Source: Minisyncoccota bacterium (GTDB lineage: Bacteria; Patescibacteriota; Minisyncoccia; Phycocordibacterales; UBA6065). Taken from it: 64,000 nt of DNA. Numbering within the stretch: the first letter of the stretch is position 1; every line of letters begins with the position of its first letter. The stretch spans positions 46,096-110,095 of the forward strand of contig DASWWW010000001.1 in assembly GCA_036400935.1 (NCBI GenBank), in the 5' to 3' direction. The notes beneath the pieces were generated by a model. The model did no database searches. It was not told the origin of the DNA and saw only the letters and a program-made list of their open reading frames with translations. Below, piece by piece: positions 35,282 through 45,142 of the stretch. Both the position numbers and the translations under genes were made by a program.

Positions 35282-36288
35282 ATTTTAAGAACTCACTTCT
35301 GATCGTCGCTGTCGCCGTTATGGCGATTGTCGTCGGATTTGAGTCGTATTTCCTTCTGAAAAACGACAAGCCTCAGGATCCCCTCAGAGCCCTATGGTCG
35401 GGCAATTTCACAAAGGAGCGCGAAGCTTGGAAGAAGCAAATCGACAGGGTTGGTACAGAAAAGGCGTATGAGGAATTCAGGGCAGAGACCCTCGCAAAGC
35501 CATTCGGCATCGGCCACACTCTCGCTCATATATTCGGCGAGCTTATTTACGACAAGGAGGGAGTGCCCGGCATCGCCTATTGCGACAGCTCGTTCTCGTA
35601 CGGCTGCTATCACAGCTTTTTCGGCAAGGCCATCAGCGAGCATGGCGTCGGAATCTTGCCCGACCTCGACAAGAAGTGTATAGGGCGCTGGGGCGAAGGG
35701 GGCCTGGGTTGCCAGCACGGCATTGGTCATGGACTTATGGGCTATCTTGGCGATGACAAGATAAACGAGGCCCTGGAATTGTGCGGGACCCTTACATGGA
35801 AAGGGGAATTGGGCGGCTGCTCGAGCGGAGTGTTTATGGAATACAATTTTCACACGATGCAGAGCCTGACGGGAATCGAGAATCGCCCATTCGACGCCAA
35901 AGATCCGCTCTACCCCTGCGAATCGGTCCCAAAGAAATACACACGATCCTGCTATTTTGAGCTCGCGGACTGGCTGGGCCAGGTATTTGCAAAGGATTAT
36001 ACGAAAGTGGGCGATATCTGCCGCACGGTCGCGGACAAGAATTCGCGGGACATTTGCTTCAAGGGCTTGGGCAATTCGCTTGCTGTAGCGGTATCGTTCG
36101 ACGTTGCGAAAGGGGTAAATGCCTGCTCGCGGCTCGATGGCGAGCAAGAGAATCTCCTTTGCAGGATAGGCGTCGGTTGGGCTTTCTATAGCGAGCCGAA
36201 TCTCAGGGAAAAATATCGGATGCTGTGCGGGGGTCTATCTACCACCGATCAGGCCACCTGCTTAAAAGAGGCAACGCTGCTAAAATAG
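35260..36288 (+). CDS. membrane-anchored Cys/His-rich extracytoplasmic protein, paralog 2 of 3
   Basis: GIGHTLAHIFGELIYD, CDSSFSYGCYHS, CQHGIGHGL, colinear with paralog 1. Confidence 0.5.
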   Translation: MQKRAYLNFKNSLLIVAVAVMAIVVGFESYFLLKNDKPQDPLRALWSGNFTKEREAWKKQIDRVGTEKAYEEFRAETLAKPFGIGHTLAHIFGELIYDKEGVPGIAYCDSSFSYGCYHSFFGKAISEHGVGILPDLDKKCIGRWGEGGLGCQHGIGHGLMGYLGDDKINEALELCGTLTWKGELGGCSSGVFMEYNFHTMQSLTGIENRPFDAKDPLYPCESVPKKYTRSCYFELADWLGQVFAKDYTKVGDICRTVADKNSRDICFKGLGNSLAVAVSFDVAKGVNACSRLDGEQENLLCRIGVGWAFYSEPNLREKYRMLCGGLSTTDQATCLKEATLLK

Positions 36289-36293
36289 TCTCA

Positions 36294-37466
36294 ATGAGGA
36301 ATATCGTTATCGCAATCGCGATCGTCGCAGCATTCATTGCCGGCGAGATCGTCTATTTGAAATCAGGCCCTTCATATGGAGGCTTGGACAAGCTCGCGAG
36401 CAAGATAATCTCCGACTGCGCCGATGCGCCATACAAGCCTACTTGTTACGAAGAGGAGATACCGAGGCTTATGAATAGGATTTCCATGGAGGACGCATTC
36501 AAAGTAACCCGTTTCGTCCAAAGCATGGATAGGACATATCAGTATTGCCATGTCTTGGGGCACAAGATCGCCGCAGCCGAGACGGCGACGGATCCTGCAC
36601 GCTGGCAGACCGTCATACAGCGCTGTCCGTCGGGCGTCTGCTCAAACGGCTGCATTCACGGAGCGTTTCAGGAACGCTTTAGGAAAGAATCGCTCACCGA
36701 CGATGAGATCTTAAAGCTCAAGCCGCAGCTCTCTTCTGTCTGTGAGAAGAAATCGGGCTTCAATCCGACCGGCCTCGAGCAGGGAAGCTGCTATCACGCT
36801 CTCGGACACCTTTTGATGTATATCACCGAGGCGGATGTACCAAAATCGCTCGCGCTGTGCAATGAGTTCAGCAAGAAGCCGACCCACGATTACTCGCACG
36901 TCTGCTATGACGGGGTATTCATGCAGATTTATCAGCCGCTCGAGCCAGACGACTTCAGCCTGATCGAGGGGAAGGAGGTTTCGCGCGAGGAAGTTTCCGC
37001 GTTCTGCGGCGCTTTCACGGGCGAGGAGGCCGGCTCGTGCTATTCGGAATCGTGGCCGCTCTTCTATGAGGATTTGCGAAAGCCTACCAATCTCCTGAAA
37101 TTCTGCGCAAAACCGGAGGGCGAAAAGGAGCAGCGAAGATGCTTCGACACTTTGATGTACGTCATGGCCGCTCAGTTTGCCTTCAATAATGAAAAAATAT
37201 TCGCGTACTGCGAGGCAATGCCTACCGATTTCCACAAGGCAACCTGCATGGCCCAGGCTGCCAACCGCATGATCGAAACCGACTACTCCAACGGCGAATT
37301 GGCAACAGCCGTCTGCGAGAGGGCGGAGGCGTATGACAAGGATCACATCTGCTTCAATGACCTGTTGAAGTATTCGACGTTCAATTTCCATAAGGGGTCT
37401 GAGCCCTGGAAAGCTTTTTGTAACGCTATGCCGGAGCCGTGGATGGCGCGATGTTTGAGCCGCTAG
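36294..37466 (+). CDS. membrane-anchored Cys/His-rich extracytoplasmic protein, paralog 3 of 3
   Basis: CHVLGHKIAA, CPSGVCSNGCIHGA, CYHALGHLL; start at MRNIVIAIAI. Confidence 0.55.
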   Translation: MRNIVIAIAIVAAFIAGEIVYLKSGPSYGGLDKLASKIISDCADAPYKPTCYEEEIPRLMNRISMEDAFKVTRFVQSMDRTYQYCHVLGHKIAAAETATDPARWQTVIQRCPSGVCSNGCIHGAFQERFRKESLTDDEILKLKPQLSSVCEKKSGFNPTGLEQGSCYHALGHLLMYITEADVPKSLALCNEFSKKPTHDYSHVCYDGVFMQIYQPLEPDDFSLIEGKEVSREEVSAFCGAFTGEEAGSCYSESWPLFYEDLRKPTNLLKFCAKPEGEKEQRRCFDTLMYVMAAQFAFNNEKIFAYCEAMPTDFHKATCMAQAANRMIETDYSNGELATAVCERAEAYDKDHICFNDLLKYSTFNFHKGSEPWKAFCNAMPEPWMARCLSR

Positions 37467-37489
37467 CGTTAGCTAGTATAATTCGGTAG

Positions 37490-37984
37490 ATGAAAAAGAT
37501 ACTCTTTGTGCTGCTGGTCGCAGCTGTTCCTGTATTCGCATCGGCTCATTATGGCATCGCCTCGCTCGAGAAGACGGTGGGGGAATATTTTTTTGACATC
37601 GGCTATAGCGCCGAATTCATTGCCGGCGACTTGATCAGGTTCGACCTCGCGGTCCTGGACGAGACTACGCGCGAAATCCTTCCGTTCTCGAATGTTTGGG
37701 TACGCATCAAGGAGGGTGACAGGCTCCTCTTTGCCGGCCCAATAGATTATGGCGAGTTTGGCAGGCCGGGATTCAGCTTCGTATTTCCTCGCGAGGGCGA
37801 GTACACGCTCTCGACCCGGTTCGAGACGCCGTCGCAGCAAATCCCGGAGCAGGATTTCTCTATAGCGGTTGTCCGCTCGCCGGAGGAATCGCGCTACGCC
37901 GAATGGCTCATACGCATCGCGGCGCTTGCGGCCGGCGCGGGCGTCGGAATCGCTTCGGTCCTAATTTTTAAGAAACATGCATAA
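37490..37984 (+). CDS. secreted protein with C-terminal TM anchor (164 aa)
   Basis: Signal peptide MKKILFVLLVAAVPVFASAHYG; C-terminal hydrophobic stretch. Confidence 0.4.
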   Translation: MKKILFVLLVAAVPVFASAHYGIASLEKTVGEYFFDIGYSAEFIAGDLIRFDLAVLDETTREILPFSNVWVRIKEGDRLLFAGPIDYGEFGRPGFSFVFPREGEYTLSTRFETPSQQIPEQDFSIAVVRSPEESRYAEWLIRIAALAAGAGVGIASVLIFKKHA

Positions 37985-38366
37985 GAAAACAATAATCATA
38001 TCGGCGGTCGTCGTGCTCGCGCTTGCTGCAATTGCGGCTCTTGTCTTTTCGAAAGGCGGTGACAAGGCGCCTGCTGCCGATATCGTGCCTACGGTCACTA
38101 TTTCCATGACAAAGGATGGCTTTTCGCCCAATACTTCATCCATAAAGCTCGGCGAGGCGGTCATGTTCCGAAACGATACGGCTTCTGATTTCTTTTGGCC
38201 GGCATCCGACCTTCATCCGACGCACGAACTCTATCCGGAATTCGATCCGCGCATGCCGATCGAGCCGGGCGGGAGCTGGACGTTCGTGTTCGAGCGAGTG
38301 GGCAACTGGAGCTATCATGATCATCTCTATGCTCGAAAGAAGGGGTTGATTACTGTAACCCAATAG
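37977..38366 (+). CDS. membrane-anchored cupredoxin-like domain protein
   Basis: Beta-sandwich-like pattern with His clusters (DLHPTHELY, SYHDHLY); no Cys ligand, so not a classic blue-copper site. Confidence 0.35.
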   Translation: MHKKTIIISAVVVLALAAIAALVFSKGGDKAPAADIVPTVTISMTKDGFSPNTSSIKLGEAVMFRNDTASDFFWPASDLHPTHELYPEFDPRMPIEPGGSWTFVFERVGNWSYHDHLYARKKGLITVTQ

Positions 38367-38399
38367 CGCGAAAAAACCGCCGCCGGCGGTTTTTTCGCG
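38367..38399. terminator. bidirectional terminator cgcgaaaaaaccgccgccggcggttttttcgcg
   Basis: Perfect palindrome between convergent genes. Confidence 0.5.
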
Positions 38400-38415
38400 C
38401 ATTCAGTTGCGCTGA

Positions 38416-39129
38416 TTATTTCTTTCCTAGGGCTGTATCGAACTTATCTTCGAGCGTCGCTGTGGTAGCTGCGCCCTTGATTGCCGTTGGGCCGTCTTTG
38501 GTAATGAGGACACTGTACGGCGTGCCCGATGCTCCCGCGACCGCGCCTTCCTTGATCGAGGCGTCGATTTTTGCCTTGTACTTGCCGCTCGTAAGGCATG
38601 AGTTGAATTTTGTCACATCGAGACCGACGTGCGCCGCGATCTTTGGGAGCTCTGCCGGATCAAGCTTGTTGTTGGTAGGAGAAATCTCGAATACGCGGTC
38701 TACGTATGCCCAGAATTTCGCGTTTCCGCCCTGCTCGGCTGCGCATTCTGCCGCTTCTGCTTCCTTGAATGCCTTATCGTGGAACGGGAGGGGGAACGGA
38801 CGATACACTACCGCTACGTCATCAGGGCTATATTTTGCGATAGCTGTTTTGATATTGCCGTGATACTGCTTGCAAAATGGACATTCGAGGTCCGTATAGA
38901 CAATAAGCTTTACCTTTGCGGCTGGATTTCCGAGAACATGATCCGCGCTCGTCACCGGGGCGATCTTGATGCCGGTATTTGCCACGGCGGCAGGGTTCGC
39001 CGAAGCGGTTGCGACGCCTCCGCCGCTAATTTCCCGCGCGCCCATGTAAATGCTCGCTCCGATAAGCGCTCCCGCGATAATGACCGATACGGGCAGCGTC
39101 AACCACTCCTGATTATTTATATGCGTCAT
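38416..39129 (-). CDS. DsbA-family thiol:disulfide oxidoreductase (membrane-anchored)
   Basis: Thioredoxin fold with CPFC active site (YTDLECPFCKQYH). Confidence 0.75.
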   Translation of the reverse strand: MTHINNQEWLTLPVSVIIAGALIGASIYMGAREISGGGVATASANPAAVANTGIKIAPVTSADHVLGNPAAKVKLIVYTDLECPFCKQYHGNIKTAIAKYSPDDVAVVYRPFPLPFHDKAFKEAEAAECAAEQGGNAKFWAYVDRVFEISPTNNKLDPAELPKIAAHVGLDVTKFNSCLTSGKYKAKIDASIKEGAVAGASGTPYSVLITKDGPTAIKGAATTATLEDKFDTALGKK

Positions 39130-39173
39130 GCTTTAAATGGGATATACTTAAAGCACGATTATATCACGCTCCT

Positions 39174-40910
39174 ATGCACATCGAAGAACAACAGCTCAAG
39201 GCTTTCATAAACGATTCGGGTCTCGTATCGCGCGGCGACGTCGCAGACGCGGAGAGGGAAGCCAAGGAGAAAAGGCTGAGCCTCGGCGAGATTCTCGTCA
39301 ATCGGGGAAAGCTTTCTGAAGACGACCTTCGCAAGATGAAGGCGTACATTCTCGGCATTCCGTATATCGATCTCAAGGGCCACAAGATAGACTTCTCCGT
39401 GCTCTCTCTCGTGCCTGAGCCGATCGTCCGCAGCCACAACGTCGTGGCGTTCAAGAGGGGCGAGGGTACCCTGGAGGTCGCGATGCTCAATACTGGCGAC
39501 TTGGCCGTTATTGATTTCATCCAGAAGAAGGTCGGCGTAAAGATATTGCCTCGCCTGACCGACTCCGACTCGATCAAGTCGGCTCTCGTCCAGTATCAGA
39601 AGGGGCTCAAGTCCGAATTCGGCGACCTTATCAGGCAGGAGACGGCCTCGATCAAGCAGATTTCCGGCGATCTCAAGAAAATTACCGAGGATCTTTCCGT
39701 CATTCGCATCGTCGACACCCTCCTGAAGCACGCCATTATCCAGGGCGCGTCCGATATTCATCTGGAGCCTCTCGAGAAGGAGCTTCTGGTGCGCTATCGC
39801 ATCGACGGTCGCCTGCACGACGCCATGGTTCTCCCAAAGGATGCTGAGAATGCAGTCATCGCACGCATAAAGATGCTCTCGAGCCTCAAGCTCGACGAGA
39901 AACGCCTGCCGCAGGACGGCCGTTTCAAGATCGAGATGAACGGCGAGAAGATCTCGCTGCGCGTTTCCGTGCTGCCCATGTTCTATGGCGAGAAAATCGT
40001 CATGCGCCTTCTCCGCGAGAGCGTTTCCGGCTTTACCCTCGAGCATTTGGGCTTTCACGGCGAGGCTCTCGAGCGCATCCATGCCGCGACAAAGCTTTCT
40101 GCCGGCATGATCCTCGCTACCGGCCCCGCTGGCTCCGGAAAATCGACGGCCCTCTACACTCTGCTCGATATTTTGAATACTCCCGACGTAAACATCTCCA
40201 CAGTCGAGGATCCTGTTGAATATCAGATGGCCCGCGTCAATCAGATGCAGGTCAGGCCGGATATCGGGTTCACGTTCGCTTCCGGATTGCGCAGCATCGT
40301 CCGTCAGGACCCCGATATCATCATGGTGGGGGAGATCCGCGACAATGAGACCGCGTCGCTCGCGACCAATGCGGCCCTTGCCGGGCGCCTCGTGCTCTCG
40401 ACGCTTCCTGCCAAATCGGCGTCGAGCGCCATCTCGCGAATGATCGAGATGAAGACCGAACCATTCCTCCTTGCGTCTACCGTCTCAGTCGTTATCGGAC
40501 AGAGGCTCGTCCGCAGGCTCTCTGACGCGTCAAAGGACCGCAGGGCGCTCACAAAGGGGGAATTGGCCGCATTGTCCAAGGTCATAGATTTGGATCGCAT
40601 GCTGGGCTTTTTAAAGGCAGAGAAGGTTATCGGCCCGAAAGACGGATGGGACAAGGTCATGTTTGGCGCCCCTGTAGTTACAAAGGATTCGGATGGCTAC
40701 AAGGGACGCATCGGCATACACGAAGTGCTCAAGATGACTCCGACGCTCAAGGAACTGGTGCTTAAGGGATCGACAGCTGCTGCTATTGAGGCTCAGGCAA
40801 AGAAGGAGGGAATGATGACGCTTCTGGAAGACGGAATATTCGTAGCGGCGCAGGGATTGACCGCAATCGAGGAAGTCCTGCGGGTCGTTTCAGAAGAGAA
40901 GGCAAAATAA
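39174..40910 (+). CDS. type IV pilus assembly / type II secretion ATPase PilB/GspE
   Basis: N1 domain, Walker A ATGPAGSGKST, Asp box, Walker B DPDIIMVGEIRD, His box. Confidence 0.85.
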   Translation: MHIEEQQLKAFINDSGLVSRGDVADAEREAKEKRLSLGEILVNRGKLSEDDLRKMKAYILGIPYIDLKGHKIDFSVLSLVPEPIVRSHNVVAFKRGEGTLEVAMLNTGDLAVIDFIQKKVGVKILPRLTDSDSIKSALVQYQKGLKSEFGDLIRQETASIKQISGDLKKITEDLSVIRIVDTLLKHAIIQGASDIHLEPLEKELLVRYRIDGRLHDAMVLPKDAENAVIARIKMLSSLKLDEKRLPQDGRFKIEMNGEKISLRVSVLPMFYGEKIVMRLLRESVSGFTLEHLGFHGEALERIHAATKLSAGMILATGPAGSGKSTALYTLLDILNTPDVNISTVEDPVEYQMARVNQMQVRPDIGFTFASGLRSIVRQDPDIIMVGEIRDNETASLATNAALAGRLVLSTLPAKSASSAISRMIEMKTEPFLLASTVSVVIGQRLVRRLSDASKDRRALTKGELAALSKVIDLDRMLGFLKAEKVIGPKDGWDKVMFGAPVVTKDSDGYKGRIGIHEVLKMTPTLKELVLKGSTAAAIEAQAKKEGMMTLLEDGIFVAAQGLTAIEEVLRVVSEEKAK

Positions 40911-40967
40911 TCAATTTTTAGACAAGAAAAAACCGGACATCGTCCGGTTTTTTCTTGCTACAGGATA

Positions 40968-41753
40968 TTACTTAATTGAGTAAGTAATCGTTACGTTAGA
41001 GACGATCTTGCTTTCGCCTGCTGGAAGCTCAGGAGCCATTGCCGCGCCTCCGTTGGCTACCGATGCAGATATCATAGCGTCCTTCGCGTAGTACATAGGC
41101 TGGTAAGGGCTTGATTCGTAGAAGCTTGTGATAGAGCCGAGTCGTACGCCGAGTGCGTTAGCGAGCTTCTTGGCCTGATCTCGAGCGTCGGTAATCGCCT
41201 TGTCTCGGGCGTCTCGCATGAGGTCTTCCTGCTTGTCTACTGAGAACGAAAGGCCGGAGATGTTGTCTGCGCCGTACTCGCCGATGCTTGTAAGGAGGGT
41301 GCCTGCTGTCTCAAGCTTTCGGACCTTGACCTCGACTGTCTGCGACACTACGTAGCCAGCGAGAATCTGCTTGCCGGGGACGTAGATCGATGAGCTCTGG
41401 TAGTCGTAGCGAGGGTAGATGTTGTACGAAGTCGTCTTGATATCCTTGTCCTCGATGCCTGCTGCCTTGATCTGGGCGAGGATAGCGTTGGACTTGTCGG
41501 TCGCCTTCTTCTGGGCGTCGCTTACGACGAGCGCCTCTTCGCTGACGGTGTAGCTAAAAGTGGCGATATCTGGGGTGGCGAGAACCTCGCCCTTTCCTGA
41601 GACGGTGATCATGTTCTGCATGTTCTCAGGGGCGCCGACGTACGAGATTTCCTTTGACTCTCGAACGATCCTGACCGCTACGAGAGCGATGAGGAGGATT
41701 GCGAGCACTATGGCCGCGTTCTTGAATCGTGGATTGGTGGTAAGAGTTTCCAT
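40968..41753 (-). CDS. SIMPL domain (DUF541) protein
   Basis: TM anchor followed by the SIMPL pattern (ITVSGKGEV...PDIATFSYTVSE...YNIYPRYDY). Confidence 0.65.
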   Translation of the reverse strand: METLTTNPRFKNAAIVLAILLIALVAVRIVRESKEISYVGAPENMQNMITVSGKGEVLATPDIATFSYTVSEEALVVSDAQKKATDKSNAILAQIKAAGIEDKDIKTTSYNIYPRYDYQSSSIYVPGKQILAGYVVSQTVEVKVRKLETAGTLLTSIGEYGADNISGLSFSVDKQEDLMRDARDKAITDARDQAKKLANALGVRLGSITSFYESSPYQPMYYAKDAMISASVANGGAAMAPELPAGESKIVSNVTITYSIK

Positions 41754-41780
41754 TGTGTGTTTATGAGTTGCTAATGGGGC

Positions 41781-42644
41781 CTATTTCGCGGCACTTCTCT
41801 CTGCCGAGACTATAAGGTTATCAAATAATGATAGAACAGTCATTGGGCCGACTCCTCCAGGCACGGGACTTATGGCTTTGACAAGAGGGGAGACGGCCGC
41901 GAAGTTCACGTCGCCCGCAATAGCTTTGCCCGTAGAGCTTTTTCGGCCTTCAGGAAGCGTGCTTATGCCCACGTCTATGATGACGCTGCCGGCTTTCACG
42001 TATGACGCGTCGATGAGTTCCGGCTTGCCGATGGCGGCGACGACGATGTCGGCCTGGGTCGAGACGGCGCGCGGGTCGGCTGTCTGGCTGTTGCACACCG
42101 AAACGCTTGCCCCGCGCGCCGACAAGAGGCTCGCTATCGGCCCGCCGACAAGGCGCGATCTGCCGAATACGACGGCTTTCTTTCCCTTGATCTCGATTCC
42201 GTAAAAATCGAGGAGGCTCATCACTCCCTTTGCCGTCGCGGGTACGAGGTTCGGCGTGCCTGCCTCGAGGAGCCTCTGATTCGCGTCCGTCAGTCCGTCA
42301 ACGTCCTTTGCGGGATCGATCATCTCGATCAGGCTGTGCTTGTCGAAGCCCGCAGGAAGGGGGAGCTGGATGATGATGCCATGTATGTCGGCTCGCGCAT
42401 TGAGGGATCGGATTGCCATCTCGACATCGGAAATCTTCGCTTCCGACTTGAACTGAATATGCTCTACGCGAGCGTCGATCGTCCGGGCAAAGCGCTTCTT
42501 CTGCTCGATATAGATCGCCGATTCCTTGTTGTCGCCTATCTGGATCAGGGCGAGCGTCGGCCGCGCAAAAAGGCGCTTTGAGCGCTCAATCAGGCCTTTC
42601 GTATAGCTGTCACGGGCAATTTTCCCGTCGAGAATGTCTGCCAT
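41781..42644 (-). CDS. folD: bifunctional methylenetetrahydrofolate dehydrogenase/cyclohydrolase
   Basis: ILDGKIARDSY...LALIQIGDNKESAIYIEQKKR...HGIIIQLPLP...VVFGRSRLVGGPIASLL. Confidence 0.85.
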   Translation of the reverse strand: MADILDGKIARDSYTKGLIERSKRLFARPTLALIQIGDNKESAIYIEQKKRFARTIDARVEHIQFKSEAKISDVEMAIRSLNARADIHGIIIQLPLPAGFDKHSLIEMIDPAKDVDGLTDANQRLLEAGTPNLVPATAKGVMSLLDFYGIEIKGKKAVVFGRSRLVGGPIASLLSARGASVSVCNSQTADPRAVSTQADIVVAAIGKPELIDASYVKAGSVIIDVGISTLPEGRKSSTGKAIAGDVNFAAVSPLVKAISPVPGGVGPMTVLSLFDNLIVSAERSAAK

Positions 42645-42659
42645 GCAGAGACTATAGCA

Positions 42660-43214
42660 TTAGAACGCCCTCGCGACGAATCCGATCGCGACGATGCCGA
42701 TAAAGTTGAATGTGTACGAGATGGCTGCGAATTTCACAGTCGACATCTTCGAGAGGCCCATGAGGGTGAGGCCGAGCTCGTCGGGAAGGGGCGAGGCGAT
42801 GATTATCGCGCCGACGATCGCCATGGACCATCGCATGAAGCGGTGATGAAACACGTGTTTCATACGCTTTGACTTCGCTTGCGACAAAAGGTAGGTAATG
42901 TCTTCCGAGATGTGGCCCCTGATGAATGAGAATATGACGTAATCTCCGATCAGCGCTCCAAGGGCGCCGAAGACAGCGACAGTGATTGGGGGATAGATTG
43001 CGCAGAGGCTGCCGAGGGCGACCATTGCAGGAGCGGTGGTGAATACCGATGTAAAGAAGAGTCCCGCCACGAATGCGCTCAGCATGTAGAGGCTCGCATT
43101 TGCCGTAACGATGCTTTGTACGAGATTGCTTTGGACCAGAAATCCGGCGGCAAAAATGCTTACGGCTATTATTCCGAGATCTATAAGTATCCTTTTGCGT
43201 CGCGCTCGATCCAT
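42660..43214 (-). CDS. polytopic membrane protein of unknown function (184 aa)
   Basis: About five hydrophobic segments; the overlapping 42652..43329 frame is Arg-rich and judged spurious. Confidence 0.45.
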   Translation of the reverse strand: MDRARRKRILIDLGIIAVSIFAAGFLVQSNLVQSIVTANASLYMLSAFVAGLFFTSVFTTAPAMVALGSLCAIYPPITVAVFGALGALIGDYVIFSFIRGHISEDITYLLSQAKSKRMKHVFHHRFMRWSMAIVGAIIIASPLPDELGLTLMGLSKMSTVKFAAISYTFNFIGIVAIGFVARAF

Positions 43215-43282
43215 ATATGGGCTCTATTGTAGCAGAAATAAAAAAGCCGGCCCGTGAGGGCCGGCTTTCGATAGAGGAGAGA

Positions 43283-43939
43283 CTAGAGAGTGATCTCCTT
43301 TGCTGAGTTGAAGATACCGTCTTCAACAACGAGGATCTTTGTGTGAGCCTCAGTTGGCTTTGAAGCGAGAGCTTCGCCCTTTGCGTGTCCGAGGTATGAG
43401 ACAGAGACTACGACGCTCTGTGCTCCCTTTGCGTCAGCTACGACGTCCGCTCGGACTCCGTTGATGACGACTCGGTCGCCGATGAGCGAGTATGACTTGT
43501 CAGTGAGAGTACCGTTCTTGTCCTCGAAGAGAACGACATACTTGTATGTGCCGCTGCCGCCTGAGTTAACAGAAAGGGTAGCGATAACGTACTTGTTTCC
43601 GCCGACAGATGTCTCTACGGCTACGTCGCCGAGAGTGATGGTTCCGCTGACATCGCCGTCAGAGAACTTTGCTGTTCCGTTAGCCAATGCTACGCGAGTA
43701 CCTGTTTCTGCAGCCGCTACAGAAGCGACCTTGAGTCGTCCGAGAAGGGTAGTGTTCGTAGAATCCTTGGTAACTGGAGCGAAATCGTCCTTCGTAGAGC
43801 CAGTGTTAGAAGTGCTGCCCGTAGTCGTCGAATTCGAGTTGTTGTTTACCGACGTGCTTGAAGTGCCGCCCCAGATAACGTAGGCGACGATTGCCAAGAT
43901 GACGATAATGACCAAACCGAGAATACCTTTCTTATTCAT
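43283..43939 (-). CDS. membrane-anchored Ser/Thr/Asn-rich secreted protein
   Basis: N-terminal TM; low-complexity S/T/N linker. Confidence 0.4.
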   Translation of the reverse strand: MNKKGILGLVIIVILAIVAYVIWGGTSSTSVNNNSNSTTTGSTSNTGSTKDDFAPVTKDSTNTTLLGRLKVASVAAAETGTRVALANGTAKFSDGDVSGTITLGDVAVETSVGGNKYVIATLSVNSGGSGTYKYVVLFEDKNGTLTDKSYSLIGDRVVINGVRADVVADAKGAQSVVVSVSYLGHAKGEALASKPTEAHTKILVVEDGIFNSAKEITL

Positions 43940-43995
43940 ATATGAATTTAGCTATTTATACAGTATAAAGCCGATAACCCGTCGATTATATCACG

Positions 43996-45084
43996 CTATT
44001 TAATGTTAGTCTCGAGCTTTTCGGTACCGTTCGATGTCTTGATATCGAATGTCAAACGGCCTATAAGCTGGCCTCGTGGCGTGGCTACGTCCACCCGCCA
44101 CCTGCCCGGGAAGATGTTCTCTCGGGACGAGTAGGTCCTGAATCCTCCGTCGCGGCCTCCGACGATGCCGAGCTTTACGGTATCGGCGACAGTCCAGGCC
44201 CTGTCAGTGTCGTCGTAGTACTGCCATGTGTGCACGATATCGGTCTTGAGGTTAGTCGGCGCGAATACGGAGCTCAAAAGGTAGAGCGGCTCTCCCGGAA
44301 CGATATGAAGCACCGGATCGTCAGAAATGAGGCTGAACCATTCCTGCTCCTCGCCTTGTACGAGGTATGTGCCGTCAGGCAGGCGCGAGAGCGATCGGTA
44401 TATGCCGGCCTCCTTGAGGGCGAGAGGGATCGGCGGGATAAGGTTGGTGAAATAGAGGATGTTGATGCCTCCGAAAAGCAGAACCACCGCCGTAACCATT
44501 ATTTTTGCGCCGTCTTTTACCCTCTGAGGCGCGAACCATGATAGGACATATATGAATATGCCCGTGATCATGAGGCTCGCGATGCCGGCGAGGAGGAAGA
44601 TCGAGTCTCCCATTTGGCCGAGGATGATAGGGAGGAAGAAGATGAGGTATGAGAAGAGCGCGGTAAAGAATACCGATATCTGGAAGCCGAGGAGGACGTA
44701 GTGCTTTCGGAAAAGCTCGTTGCCGATAACGTAGGCGAAGATCATGAGGAGGAACGGCCAGCTCGCGATGACCGCGCCCGATTTCGAATAGAAGAGGAAT
44801 GACGCGCTGAAGAGGCCTCCGAGGCAGAACTGCATGAGGAAGATGAGCGTTATATGGAAGGTCTCGGATCGTCGCGCCTCCTCGCGCGTCTGATGCACGT
44901 TGAGGAGGAGGATCGAGAGGGCCGAGACGGAAAGGTAGCCGATGAGGAGGGCGTTCGAGAAGAGGACGTCGATGCGGCGGAGCATGATCGAGTCAAAGAT
45001 AAAGCCGGTTACCAGGGTTACGGGCGACACATAGCGTTCGTATTTTCTGAAAAACTGACGGCCTTTCTCTATCATGGCTATCAT
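43996..45084 (-). CDS. polytopic membrane protein with C-terminal extracytoplasmic domain (possibly DUF2914-like)
   Basis: About seven TM segments then a globular C-terminus (HTWQYYDDTDRAWTV...GRWRVDV). Confidence 0.45.
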   Translation of the reverse strand: MIAMIEKGRQFFRKYERYVSPVTLVTGFIFDSIMLRRIDVLFSNALLIGYLSVSALSILLLNVHQTREEARRSETFHITLIFLMQFCLGGLFSASFLFYSKSGAVIASWPFLLMIFAYVIGNELFRKHYVLLGFQISVFFTALFSYLIFFLPIILGQMGDSIFLLAGIASLMITGIFIYVLSWFAPQRVKDGAKIMVTAVVLLFGGINILYFTNLIPPIPLALKEAGIYRSLSRLPDGTYLVQGEEQEWFSLISDDPVLHIVPGEPLYLLSSVFAPTNLKTDIVHTWQYYDDTDRAWTVADTVKLGIVGGRDGGFRTYSSRENIFPGRWRVDVATPRGQLIGRLTFDIKTSNGTEKLETNIK

Positions 45085-45142
45085 TATGACACAGACACCC
45101 CCTTATACGAAAAATTCCGGACAATTCCGGAATTTTTCTCTG

